From Candidatus Latescibacterota bacterium (GTDB lineage: Bacteria; Latescibacterota; UBA2968; UBA8231), in contig CBDCXV010000010.1 in assembly GCA_965223905.1 (NCBI GenBank), forward strand, positions 1,312,001-1,376,000: a DNA stretch of 64,000 nt, read 5' to 3'. The notes below the pieces were generated by a model. The model had not been told where the DNA came from, made no database searches, and was given only the letters and a program-made list of their open reading frames with translations. Position 1 is the stretch's first letter, and each line of letters starts with the position of its first letter. The position numbers and the translations under genes are program-made. This document shows positions 49,484 through 60,193 of this stretch, piece by piece.

Positions 49484-50643
49484 ATGAAAATCACCGATGT
49501 CAGGCTGCTCGTTCTCGAACAACCCGGAGAGCCCAAACCCGCGGGCATTCCCCGGCTGGGGCAGGTGCCCAACCTGCGCCGCATCCAGTGGTCGTCCGGA
49601 CCGGTGCCCAACAAGAAACCGCCCACGGTCCCCCGTCGAGGCCGCGCCACAGTTTCCTCGAGGTCCATACGGACGAAGGGCTCAGCGGCCGCTGCACCTC
49701 GACCATGCGCCCGGACCAGATGGACCTGCTGCGCCCCCACGTTGTCGGCGAGGATCCGATGCACCGCGAGCACATCTGGCAGATGCTGTTCAAGGGGACG
49801 CGCTGGCTGCGCCAGAGACAGGGCTGGCACGGCGACCTCGACACCTGCCTGTGGGACCTGGCCGGCAAGGCCGCGGGCCTTCCCGTGCACGCCCTGATCG
49901 GCAAGGTGCGCGAGCGCTTCCCCGTCTACCTGACGAGCTCCGGCCCCACCCTGGAGGACTACCTCGGCACCATCGAGCACGGCAAAGAGTTCGGCGTCAA
50001 CGCCTACAAGTTCCACACCTACAAGGGGGGCCGGGCCGACATGCCGATCCTCGAGAAGACCCGCGAGGCGGTCGGGCCGGACTACGACCTCATCAACGAT
50101 CCGGTCTGCTCCTACGACCTGCGCGAGGCCATCGAGGTCGGCCGCTTGATGGAGCGGCTCGACTTCATCTGGCTCGAGGAGCCGATGCACGAGGCGAAGA
50201 TGAGCTCCTACCAGAAGCTGTGCGACGCCCTCGAGATGCCGGTGATGTCGACCGAGAACCTCATGCACGACCTCGGCATCACCGCCGAGTGGCTCAAGCA
50301 GGGGGCGACCGACTACGTGCGCGCCGACGCCATCGCCGCGGGGGTCACCTCGGTGCTAAAGCTTGCCCACCTCGCCGAGATGCACGGCGCCCAGGTCGAG
50401 ATCGCCGGGCCCGGCGGGCTCTTCGGTCACGTCCACGCCCACCTCGGCTGCTGCATCGACAACAACGACTACTACGAGTACTTCCATCAGGGCGGCGACG
50501 GCCTGCGCCGGTGGGGAGAGGAATGGGGGGTGACCAACGCTCCCCTCATCGTCGACGGCCACATCGCCCCCAACGACCTGCCGGGGTGGGGCGCCGAGTA
50601 CGACGAGGAGAAATTCCAGTCGCTAATCGCGGAAGTGCACTGA
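49484..50643 (+). CDS. Mandelate racemase/muconate lactonizing enzyme family protein (frameshift near N-terminus)
   Basis: MKITDV start in another frame; LWDLAGK..PVHALIG, KxH, WLEEP, PGWG. Confidence 0.8.
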
Positions 50644-50678
50644 CGCAGGAACAGCATCCACCAGAAAGGAAGATCCTC

Positions 50679-51092
50679 ATGCCGCTGGGTAATCCGGTTC
50701 TGAGCAGCACCTTGAATCAGGTCAATCTCGACGAGCTGAAACAGGAGTTCGGCCCGCCTCCGTGGTCGCGCAGGGTCGTGGTGTCCGACCACCTCGCCGC
50801 CAACGTCATCTGCCAGCCCCCCGGATTCGAACAGAACGACTGGCACTGTCACAACTACGACGAGTGGTGGGTCGTGCTCGAAGGGGAGATCGACTGGATC
50901 ATCGAGGGCCGCGAAGACGACCCCGTTCACGCCAGGGAAGGGGACTTCATCTACGTCCCGGCCATGACCTACCACCACATCTTCCCGAAGGCAGGGGAGA
51001 CGACGATCCGCCTGGGAGTGTCCCTGCCCGGCACGGGCGGGCATCTCCACGAGCGCCCCGCGCGCAAGGCGAAAGTCACCATTGAGAACTGA
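50679..51092 (+). CDS. Cupin domain protein
   Basis: WHCHNYDEWWVVLEG..GDFIYVP..HHI; AAGGA RBS. Confidence 0.85.
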   Translation: MPLGNPVLSSTLNQVNLDELKQEFGPPPWSRRVVVSDHLAANVICQPPGFEQNDWHCHNYDEWWVVLEGEIDWIIEGREDDPVHAREGDFIYVPAMTYHHIFPKAGETTIRLGVSLPGTGGHLHERPARKAKVTIEN

Positions 51093-51140
51093 CCTCAGCG
51101 CGGTCCTGGCGGCCAGGGGACTCGACTCCGGAGCGGGCGC

Positions 51141-51946
51141 GTGAAACTTGAAGACAAGGCAGGGGTCGTCACCGGCGCCGCCACAGGCCTCGGCCGCGCC
51201 ACCGCCATCGGCGCCGCCCGCGAGGGGGCGCGGCTCGTCCTGGCCGACATCGACGAGGCCGGCGGGGAAGCGACGGCCCGGCAGATCTGCGAAGAAGGGG
51301 GCACGGCCCACTTCGTGCACACCGATCTCGGCCGGTCCGCGGACGTCCGCCAGTTGATGGAGACCGCGGGCGAGCGTTTCGGCCGCCTCGACATCCTGAT
51401 AAACCCCGCGGCCATCCTCCTCGATCCGGCGACCCGCGTCGACCAGTACTCCGAGGAATCCTGGCGGCGCGTCATCGACGTCAACCTCACCGGCAGCTTC
51501 CTGCTGCTGAAGTACGCCGTTCCCCTGATGGAGAAGGCGGGGGGTGGGGTTGTGCTGTTCGTCATTTCCGGCGCGGGCGTGATAGGGGGCAGCTCCTCCC
51601 TTCCGTACGGATCGAGCAAGGGGGGGTCCGGGGGCTGGTCCTGGTCGCCCGCGAGCAGCTTCGCCCCCTCAACATTCGCATCCACGCCGTGGCCCCGGGG
51701 GAGATGGCGACGAACATGAAGGTCGGCGCCATCCGCGAGATGGCGGAAAAGGCGGGCCGCTCCGCCGACGAAGCGGAGCGGGAGTTGCTCCCGGTCCTGT
51801 CGCCGCCCGAGGACTCGGCCGTCAGGATCATCGATCTCGCTTCCGACGCGGGGGCGGCCGCCGGCGACGCCGTGACCATCTTCCGAGGCGACTGGGACAT
51901 CGAGACCCACTCTCTGAGAACCCCACCCGGCCGCAGGCTGGAGTAG
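51141..51946 (+). pseudogene. SDR oxidoreductase, frameshifted at a G-run near 51620-51635
   Basis: TGAATGLG, YGSSK, then NIRIHAVAPG in another frame. Confidence 0.8.
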
Positions 51947-52068
51947 GGCCGCACCGGGGCGCTGCGGCCTCCATTGGAGGCATCGCCATGCGCGGCGGCC
52001 CGGCCTTGAACCTTGGTGAGTAGGGAGCGCCGGGGGCGATCCCGTCCCAAAGACCTGAACCAGTTTCC

Positions 52069-52836
52069 TCAGATACAGCCCGGAATCGACCGGCCCCGCA
52101 CCGGCATGGCGTCGTTCTCGCCTTCGGGACCCGTGTAGCGGCAATGGGCGCTCACGTAGTGCGTGGCGTAGCCGCGCCGGCGCCGGCCGCTGACGTTGGC
52201 CCGGCTCGAGTGGAGGACATGCCCGTGGTGGAAGCTGCAGTCCCCCGGTTTCAGCTCGACCGGGCGCTCCCGGGGCAACCCGCCTGCCAGGGACAGCGCT
52301 TCGATTTCGGCGCGCTCCCCGTCGTCGAGCACACCCCGGTTGTGGGTGCCCGGCACGAACCAGAGACATCCGTTGTCGACGGTGGAGTCGTCGAGGGCGG
52401 CCCAGCAGGCGACCAGCTCGGAAGCCGGCTCGATGTTGAACCCGAGCGGCTGGTCCTGGTGGTAGGGCTGCCTCGATCCGATCCGGGCCGGCTTCATGAA
52501 CAGCTGGTCCTGGTACAGCTTGACGTCGGGGCCGAGCAACCCCTCGATGCAGTCGAGAATCCCGGGGTTGCGCGCGTGCGCCTCGAAGACCTCGTCGACG
52601 AAGGCGAGGTGCATGAGCTTGCGCAGCGACCCGGCGCGGCTGTCCCCCTCTGCTTCCCCCGCCGCTACCGCCGGCTCGACCTGCATGTGCTGATCCCGGA
52701 TGTGGGACGCCTCGCCCCGCGCCACCCATTCGGCGCGTTCCCGCAGGACGCCTACCTCCTCCTCATCGAGCAGACCCTCGACGACGAGAACGCCATCCTC
52801 CCGGAACTGCTCTATCTGTGCCTGTGATAGTCCCAT
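52069..52836 (-). CDS. Phytanoyl-CoA dioxygenase (PhyH) family protein
   Basis: YHQD, WAALDD..NGCL, HSSRAN..RR. Confidence 0.88.
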   Translation of the reverse strand: MGLSQAQIEQFREDGVLVVEGLLDEEEVGVLRERAEWVARGEASHIRDQHMQVEPAVAAGEAEGDSRAGSLRKLMHLAFVDEVFEAHARNPGILDCIEGLLGPDVKLYQDQLFMKPARIGSRQPYHQDQPLGFNIEPASELVACWAALDDSTVDNGCLWFVPGTHNRGVLDDGERAEIEALSLAGGLPRERPVELKPGDCSFHHGHVLHSSRANVSGRRRRGYATHYVSAHCRYTGPEGENDAMPVRGRSIPGCI

Positions 52837-52977
52837 GGGGCGATTACCTGCAAATGCCTCTCTCTGGTCGAGGTGGACGGTTAGTGCTCAATGTGTCGGT
52901 TGCCTTTGTTGTTGCGAAGGACAGGAAAAAAAATAGGCTTACCAACCCAATCCTTGAAACCGAAAAGGAGCCTGGAA

Positions 52978-53961
52978 TTGAGACTGGCGATTTCCGGCAC
53001 GACCGACGAGGACTTCGAGCTCGCCCATCAGGTGGGGGCGACCGACGTGGTCGGCGGCGGCACCCTGCCAGCGGACAAGGGCTACTACACCCTGGAAGAC
53101 CTGACGCGTCTTCGCGAAAGGGCCGAGGAGGCGGGCCCGAAACTGTCGGTCATAAGCGGGCTGCCCGAGGAGCTGACCTTCAAGATCAAGCTGGGGCTGC
53201 CGGGACGGGACGAGCAGATCGACAACTGGTGCAGGACGATCCGCAACATGGGGGAGGCGGGCATTCCCAACCTGATCTACTTCTTCTCCCTGCGCAGCTG
53301 GTACGGCAACTACGGACTGCGGACCGACAGGGCCACGCCGGGCAAGGGGGGATCCGAGCTGACCGGCTTCGACTACGACGCCGTCAAACACGAGACCTGG
53401 GAGTACTGGTACCCTCCCGTCCCGGAGTCGGTGGCGGCCGGGGACGAACAGATCTGGGACAACGTGACCTGCTTCCTCGAGGCGGTAATCCCCGTCGCCG
53501 AAGAAGCGGGGGTGCGGATGGCGCTGCACCCGGACGACCCTCCCATCTCGCCCATCGCCGGGATCGCCCGGGTCTTCCGCAGCCACGCGGCGTTGCGGCG
53601 GTTCATCGAGATCGTGCCCAGCGACTGCAACGGCCTGACCTTCTGCACCGGGACGATCGGAGCCATGCCGGAGAACGTGCTCGACGCCATCCGCTACTTC
53701 GGCAGCCGCGGCAAGATCTTCCACATCCATTTCAGAAGCGTGACCGGGCCGGTCCCGAAGTTCTCGGAAACCTTCATCGGCGAGGGCAACCTCGACATGA
53801 TGGAAGCCATGAAGGCGTTCCACGAGGCCGGCGTCGACGCCCCGATCGTCGAAGACCACGTGCCCCGCCTGAAAGAAGACGGCACCCGCCAGTTCCGCAC
53901 CCGCTCCTACGCCATGGGCTACATACGGGCGCTCCTGGACGCGGTGAAGCGAGGACATTGA
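52978..53961 (+). CDS. Mannonate dehydratase (UxuA) family protein
   Basis: IKLGLPGRDEQI, ALHPDDPP, FCTG, HFR, EDHVP; TTG after AAGGAG. Confidence 0.85.
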   Translation: MRLAISGTTDEDFELAHQVGATDVVGGGTLPADKGYYTLEDLTRLRERAEEAGPKLSVISGLPEELTFKIKLGLPGRDEQIDNWCRTIRNMGEAGIPNLIYFFSLRSWYGNYGLRTDRATPGKGGSELTGFDYDAVKHETWEYWYPPVPESVAAGDEQIWDNVTCFLEAVIPVAEEAGVRMALHPDDPPISPIAGIARVFRSHAALRRFIEIVPSDCNGLTFCTGTIGAMPENVLDAIRYFGSRGKIFHIHFRSVTGPVPKFSETFIGEGNLDMMEAMKAFHEAGVDAPIVEDHVPRLKEDGTRQFRTRSYAMGYIRALLDAVKRGH

Positions 53962-54137
53962 GGCCACGTCCATCACTGCTCTGGGGCTTCTGCCTGCGTG
54001 GGTCAGAGGAGGCCTACATCATTAAATGATTTTCTACTGGATCTGGTATTTTCAAGGTACACATGGTACTTTGTTCCTCATGGTTGACTTGCGCCGAAAA
54101 CTGCAATAATCGAGGCCAGGAACCATGCAAGTCAATC

Positions 54138-55712
54138 GGGTGTCTTAGCTGATTGTTACGGTTTCGGTGGTTGTTTTTAGGTTTTCTCGGTACTGCTGAA
54201 AGACCCGGTCAAGCGTTCCATTGTACAAGGCGCAGCGCAGGGCCAGAATGGCGTTGCTGTTTTCCTTATACCACCAAGCGCCCGACCGTTTCAGACGAAC
54301 GTGGCCGATGAAGCGATGCGCCGATTCGATCGCCCCCGACCCGATCGGGTATCCGCCCTTGCGATGGCTGCCGAAATCGACCTGGTGCAGTCGCTTTTGC
54401 AGGTAGGTCAAGGCCGTGCCGATGGCCTCTCCGGCCTCTTCCGAGAGCGGCTGCATGCGCTGCAGACCCCAGACCACGCCGCTGCCCTCGCCGCAGAACA
54501 GGCGCGCCAGGGTCGCTTCCAGCCAATGGGCAGCACGCGCCGCATCGGCGCCGTATTGGGCCTCGGCCACCGCGTGCAGGTAGCTGCTGCAATGGTAGTA
54601 GTCGAGGATCTGACGGGCGCTCGGGAACAGCTCTTCCACCCACTTCCAGATCCACGGAGCGCCATCTCCGATGGCACACAAGCGCACCTGATCCTCCGGG
54701 ATCAGCCCCGCCTCCTTGACCTGGCGCAAGGCCGCGCCGAAGGCCTGTTCGTTGCCCATCTGGTGCCAGGAGATCAGCTGCTCGATGCGCTCATCGTCTA
54801 TCAGGTAGAAGCGAAAGCCCTTGGCTTCGTGGTATTCCCCCTGCCAACGCCTTCGCCGAGCCCGGCTCTTCTTGCGTCCGGGACGGGTGCCTTTGGCGGT
54901 CTGGGGACGACTGGGCACGTCGGCCGCGTCGATGGCCAACACCACGATCGGCCGCCACTTGCGACCGGCGGCGGCTTGCGCAATGCGATCCTGGATATCG
55001 GCCGCGTCCGGACACACCTGCAGCACGTCCAACGACCCGGTCTGTTGCAGCACCTCGTGAATCACACAATCGCTCATCGACGCGTCGGTGAGCTCGTCCA
55101 ACAGTTCGGCGGCGCGCCGGTGGGGCATCTCCAGCCCCAGCTTGACCCCGGCCTGCTGCACGTCCCACTGCTTGCGCTGCGCCGACAGGCCCAGGGCCTC
55201 GTCCAGCGGATAGAACCCGTGGTGACAGCCAACGCAGTAGAAATAGGGACGCTCCAAGGTCACCGGCCCGAGCAGCGTCTCCACCGTGCGCGAGCGAGAC
55301 GGGCGCGCTCGCAGCAGGCCTTTGCACTTGGGGCAGGCCGCCTCTTCCTGGGCCAGGAAATGGCCGTGGCGGCGTTCGACGAAGGCTTCCACCAAGGCCG
55401 CGGTGAGCCCGGAGCGCTCTTGAGACATCGCCGCGGTGATCTCCATCAACGTCGGCGCACAAGATCCGCGCTCGCTCATTTGCGTCTCCACCCGATCCAG
55501 CCATTGGTCCAAGGCTTCATGCGCCCGGCTTCGAAAGCGGTCCTGACTCTGCCGCTCCTGAAAAACTTCCAGAGAGAGAATCGCACTCATCGCTCCCCTT
55601 CTTTCTGAAATCAGGGGAGCGCGCCGCAGGGGATGCGGAAAAAGAAAGCAACTTACTGTAAAATATACACATACGCACCTGAATTGCGCTATAACAATTA
55701 CTTAAGACGCCC
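54138..55712 (-). mobile_element. ISKra4-like insertion sequence
   Basis: IRs GGGTGTCTTAGCTGATTGTTA / TAACAATTACTTAAGACGCCC; no target duplication. Confidence 0.85.
54145..55590 (-). CDS. ISKra4/ISLre2-like transposase
   Basis: CPKC, YFYC..C, GDGAPWIW, LDYYH, PIGSGAIES. Confidence 0.88.
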   Translation of the reverse strand: MSAILSLEVFQERQSQDRFRSRAHEALDQWLDRVETQMSERGSCAPTLMEITAAMSQERSGLTAALVEAFVERRHGHFLAQEEAACPKCKGLLRARPSRSRTVETLLGPVTLERPYFYCVGCHHGFYPLDEALGLSAQRKQWDVQQAGVKLGLEMPHRRAAELLDELTDASMSDCVIHEVLQQTGSLDVLQVCPDAADIQDRIAQAAAGRKWRPIVVLAIDAADVPSRPQTAKGTRPGRKKSRARRRRWQGEYHEAKGFRFYLIDDERIEQLISWHQMGNEQAFGAALRQVKEAGLIPEDQVRLCAIGDGAPWIWKWVEELFPSARQILDYYHCSSYLHAVAEAQYGADAARAAHWLEATLARLFCGEGSGVVWGLQRMQPLSEEAGEAIGTALTYLQKRLHQVDFGSHRKGGYPIGSGAIESAHRFIGHVRLKRSGAWWYKENSNAILALRCALYNGTLDRVFQQYRENLKTTTETVTIS

Positions 55713-56167
55713 CCTTCGAACCAGCGCATGAAATAGACGCGGTCCTCGTCGTCGGAAATGGCTTCCCCGGCGGCCTTCGCCTGCTCCCTGGTCCGACACG
55801 CTGCATCGACCTCTCCGCCGGCCGCGTGGGCCCTCGCCAGGGCGTCATATGCGAAGGCCAGGTCCCAGTCCGCCATCTCCTCGGGGTGGGCTTCCACCAG
55901 CTCCAGGTAGCGCCGGGCGTGGCGCAGGGCGGCCTCTCCCAGCCCCGTCGCCGCATAAACGCTCGCCACGGCGAACTCCCCCCGCCCATGATTGGCAACG
56001 GTGCCGACCTGCATCCAGTGATGACAGCTGGCATGAGCGGCGTGGATGAATGACTCGCCGGTCTCCGGTGTCACCCGTCCGGCCTCCAAGGCGTCCATGA
56101 TGTGATTGTTCAGCTCGATACCGAACCAGCGGTGAGCGCTGTCCAGATCGAAGGGTGGTTCAGCCAT
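55713..56167 (-). CDS. Hypothetical protein with 3' end cut by the IS
   Basis: AHRWFG..NN, AAHASCHHW, AYDALARA; reading frame enters the IR. Confidence 0.65.
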
Positions 56168-56589
56168 GGCTCATCGCTCCGGCCAATAGATTGCGAGTAT
56201 CTCCCGTGCCGCCTCCACCCGGATGCCCCGGGCGCGGAAGGCCCTGACCACTTCTTCGGCTCGTCCGCCATCCAACAGATCCATGCCCATCCTGGCGCCG
56301 ACGGAGCTGACGACCTCGCCGTAAGTGCTTTTCAGAATGCCGCAGTAGATCCGAAAGACCGTCTCCCTCTGGACCTCGGTGACAGCTTCGTCCTTCAGGG
56401 CCCGGTGGCAGTGGGCGAAAGGTATAGGAATAATCAGGCACCGATAACGGGTACCATGCAGTTCGCTGAAAAACGTACGCAAGGGTCCAACAGGGTCCCT
56501 GATGAATCGCTTGTCCTCGCACCGAATCGTTCGGGACTGCTCTCAATACCTTTGTAAAGGATTTCGGCGCCTTTCAGGGGTCAACCCGG

Positions 56590-56945
56590 TACTTGAGGGC
56601 GCACTCCTCCGTACGGCTCACCGGCGCCGGCAGTCCTACCCCCTCCAGACAGGTCCGGATCGAGGCGGGATCGGTCAGGGCGGCCACGATCCGCAGGCGA
56701 CCGCCACAGGCCGGGCAGCCGCTGAGGTCGGCGGCAAACACCCGCGCCAGCAGGGCCGCCCACCCCAGGCGATGGCCGCAGGGCGGAGCGCTCGAAACGC
56801 GGTCGCCACCGTCGATGCCTCAACCGGCTTGGCGGGCACGATGCGGTCCCGGGCACGGGGGGCCAGGACCCCGTGGTAGCGCAGTAGATGGAACCGGGGC
56901 GGTGGGACCAGAGCTGCCAGCTTCTCCGGCAGTTCCATCGGAGAG
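56590..56945 (-). pseudogene. IS91-family (HUH) transposase C-terminal fragment
   Basis: KLAALVPPPRFHLLRYHGVLAP; WAALLARVF..CPACGGRLRIVA. Confidence 0.8.
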
Positions 56946-57483
56946 AGAGCAGGAGATGGCTGGTCCCATCCGACCACGGCGTTGTGAGCGCGAAGCAAAG
57001 CCGCGCGGCACTGTGACCGCGACCGGCGTCGGCCGGGCCTGCCCAGGGACGTGGCCGCCCTCGTGCAGGAGCTCTCGGCGGAACGCACGGCCCTGACCCT
57101 GGTCAACCTGAGCCCCTTCGAGGAACGCCGGCTCACGGTGCGTGCCGGGGCCTTCGGCGAGCACCGCTTCGGCCGCGCCGCCTGGGACCGGGACGACACC
57201 CACCTATAGGTCCCGATGTGACCTGTTCCACCGATAACGACAACGCGCCTATGGGTCTTCCGTCCTTGTGCGATACAGCGTCCCGGTGCAGTATCGATCA
57301 TCGGCCATCGACGGTCGGCCACCGAATCCGGGTGTACGGCGGTCTTGGATCGTCGAGGAGGAGAGGTAAGACCGGCGCCCGGAGCGACCGTTTCCACCGG
57401 GCAGGCGTGGAGCCGGCGAGAGACGACCTGCCCCGGTCCTGTACGTCACACACTGAAACCTGCCAGCTGACAGAGGAGACGAC

Positions 57484-58383
57484 ATGACACCAGCCATTCC
57501 AACCGCGAAGCTGGGGCGCACCGGCCTGGAAGTCACCCGCCTCGGGTTCGGCACCGCACTGCGCAGCGGCCTCGACGACGATCGCTGGGACGCGTTGCTG
57601 AACTCGGTCCTGGACTCGGGGATCAATTTCGTGGATACCGCCAACGACTACGGCCTGCACTGGGCGAGCCCGGCGGAAGAGCAGATCGGCAGGCATCTCT
57701 CGGGACGCCGCTCCGAATTCTACCTGGCCACCAAGTGCGGATGCCCTCCCGGCGGCGGCGACCACGTCTGGACGCGGGAAAACGCTTTCAGGGGACTGCA
57801 CGAAAGCCTGGGACGGCTGCAGACGGATTACGTGGACCTGATGCAGTACCACAATCCCTCGGTGGAGGAGTGCGAGGCCGGCGATCTGGTGACGGTGCTG
57901 GAGGATATGCGCGAGCAGGGCAAGGTGCGCTGGATTGGCGTGTCGACGACCCTGCCGCACCTGCCGACCTTCCTCGAGTGGGGAGTGTTCGACGTGTTCC
58001 AGATCCCTTACTCGGCCCTGGAGCGGCAACACGAAGAGTGGATCACCAGGGCTGCGCAGGCGGGGACCGGCATCGTCATCCGCGGCGGGGTGGCCCAGGG
58101 TGAGCCGGATGCTGCCTCGGGAGACAAGCGAGCGGACAGGTGGAAGGTGTTCGAGACGGCCCATCTCGACGAGCTGGTTGAGGGGGAGAGCCGCACCACG
58201 TTCATGCTGCGCTACACCCTCACCCACCCTCACTCCAACACCAACATCGTGGGAACGACCCGCGTCGATCACCTCGAAGAGAACATCGCAGGTATCTCGA
58301 AGGGACCTCTCTCTCCCGAGACGTATGCCGAGGCCAAGCGCCGCCTGGACGCCGCCGGACAGAAGCCCGAGGCTGCGGGGTGA
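57484..58383 (+). CDS. Aldo/keto reductase
   Basis: LGRTGLEVTRLGFG, DTANDY, ATKCG, SLGRLQTDYVDL, GKVRWIGVS. Confidence 0.92.
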   Translation: MTPAIPTAKLGRTGLEVTRLGFGTALRSGLDDDRWDALLNSVLDSGINFVDTANDYGLHWASPAEEQIGRHLSGRRSEFYLATKCGCPPGGGDHVWTRENAFRGLHESLGRLQTDYVDLMQYHNPSVEECEAGDLVTVLEDMREQGKVRWIGVSTTLPHLPTFLEWGVFDVFQIPYSALERQHEEWITRAAQAGTGIVIRGGVAQGEPDAASGDKRADRWKVFETAHLDELVEGESRTTFMLRYTLTHPHSNTNIVGTTRVDHLEENIAGISKGPLSPETYAEAKRRLDAAGQKPEAAG

Positions 58384-58484
58384 CGTCTGCCGGGGACAGG
58401 ACACGGCGCCTCGACACACCGCTTCACGGTACCTGCAGATCTACCTTCATCTCAGGTCAACCCGAACTACAAGGAGAAAGACCG

Positions 58485-60131
58485 ATGGGCGACAACAGGA
58501 TCACCGTCCTCAACCCGATGGGGCACCCGCCGAAGACGGAGCAGTTGGGCATGGCCCCCCGTCCCGATTCGCTCGAAGGCGGTACCGTCTACCTCGTCGA
58601 CTGCCGTTTCGACGACGGCGATATCCTCATGCGCCAAATGGGGGACTGGTTCACCGAGCACTGCCCGGGGATCAACGTGGAAGTGCGCCGCAAGTCGAAC
58701 GTCTACACCCAGCGCGACGACGCGCTCTACGAGGAGATCAGACAACAGGGAGATGCGGCCGTCATCGGCGTCGGCCACTGAAGCACGTGCGCGCCGGCGG
58801 TCGCCGACCAGTGCATCACTGTTGAAACCGAATACGGAGTGCCGACTGCCTCCGTCCAAACCGACATCTTCGAACCCCTGGCGCGGGCGCAGGCGCTGGC
58901 GCGGGGCATGCCGAAGCAGCGGTTCGTCTTCGTCCCCCAGCCGGTGATGGGCAAGTCGCCGGCGGAGCTGCGGGCTTACGTCGACGGCGCCGATCCCGTC
59001 ACCGGACGTCCGTTCATGACGGAAGTGATGGAGGCCCTGACCCGCCCGGTCAGCGCCGGGGAGACGGAGGTCGTCAGCTTCGATCGATCCACGCCGCGAC
59101 GGTGCGAGCCCGATTCGGAAGACCACCTCCACGAGCTCTTCCTGCGCGAAAACTGGACCGACAAGCTGCCGATCGTGCTGCCCACCGAGGCCCGTGTCGA
59201 GGCGATGCTCAGAGGCACGAGCCGGGATCCCGATCAAGTAGTCGGGCAGATGCGGCCCACGGGCCCGCGCGAGGCCTGGGAGTACACGGTAGAGAAGGTC
59301 GCCGTCAACGCCGTCATGGCCGGTGCACGGCCGGAATACTTTCCGGCCATTCTCGCGCTGGCGTCGACGCAGGTCACCGCGCGCCCGAGCACGACCAGCT
59401 CGGCGGCGGCCATGGCCGTCGTCAACGGGCCCATCCGCGAAGAGATCGGCATGAACCGGGGCGTCGGCGCCATGGGACCCTACAACCACGCAAACGCCAC
59501 CATCGGGCGCGCCTACGGCCTGCTGTCCCAGAACGGCCAGGGCGGTTCGCTGCCGCTGCACACCTACCTCGGGTCGCAGGGCAACGGCTACGCCTACAGC
59601 AGTATCTGCTACGCCGAGAACGAAGAGGGCAGTCCGTGGGATCCCTTCCACGTCCGCCAGGGCTTCGACAAGGGCGACAGCACCGCCAGTGTATTCTCGG
59701 GCTGTCGATCCACCGCCTTCACCCTCGGGCTGCGCAAAAAGCACTGGCAGACTCACGTCATCCAGATGCTGCGCGGCATGGACCCGCACGAAGCGCCCAC
59801 CTTCGTCCTCGACCCGATCACCGCCCGTCAGTTCGTCGACCGCGGCGGTTTCCACAGCGTCGACGAGCTCGTCGATTGGGTCCACGAGAACGGCACGATG
59901 CGAGCCGGCGTCTACTGGGATTACCAGCTGATCGAGAACTACGTCGAGCCGAGGGCGCTCGTCGGCCAGGAGCCCTACGCCACGATGCTGGAAGCAGAAG
60001 AGGAGGAGCTCATCCGCATCTGGCCGAAGAACAAGATCCAGGTCGTCGTCGTCGGAGGCGAAACGAACGGCTACTGGCGCATCTTCGGCGCCCACCACGC
60101 GGCCACCGTGTCCGTCGACGAATGGCGGTGA
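58485..60131 (+). CDS. Predicted UGSC-type selenoprotein (548 aa, Sec at codon 99, TGA 58779-58781)
   Basis: ORFs 58380-58781 and 58839-60131 are in frame across one TGA: VIGVGH-U-STC; hairpin immediately 3' of the TGA. Confidence 0.82.
58779..58818 (+). promoter_or_regulatory. Putative bacterial SECIS element
   Basis: TGAAGCAC..CGGC-GGTC-GCCG..GTGCATCA; G-led apical loop 17 nt after UGA. Confidence 0.6.
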
Positions 60132-60193
60132 CTCTCTCCGCCGCCGTCGCTCCCCCAATCTGCCCGAGGCGTTCCGTACCATGGGAGAATCCG

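Noticed and set aside
48040-50268. 742-aa ORF as a single protein
   Set aside because: The 5' part is antisense to the mandelate racemase gene; the plausible start is 49347.
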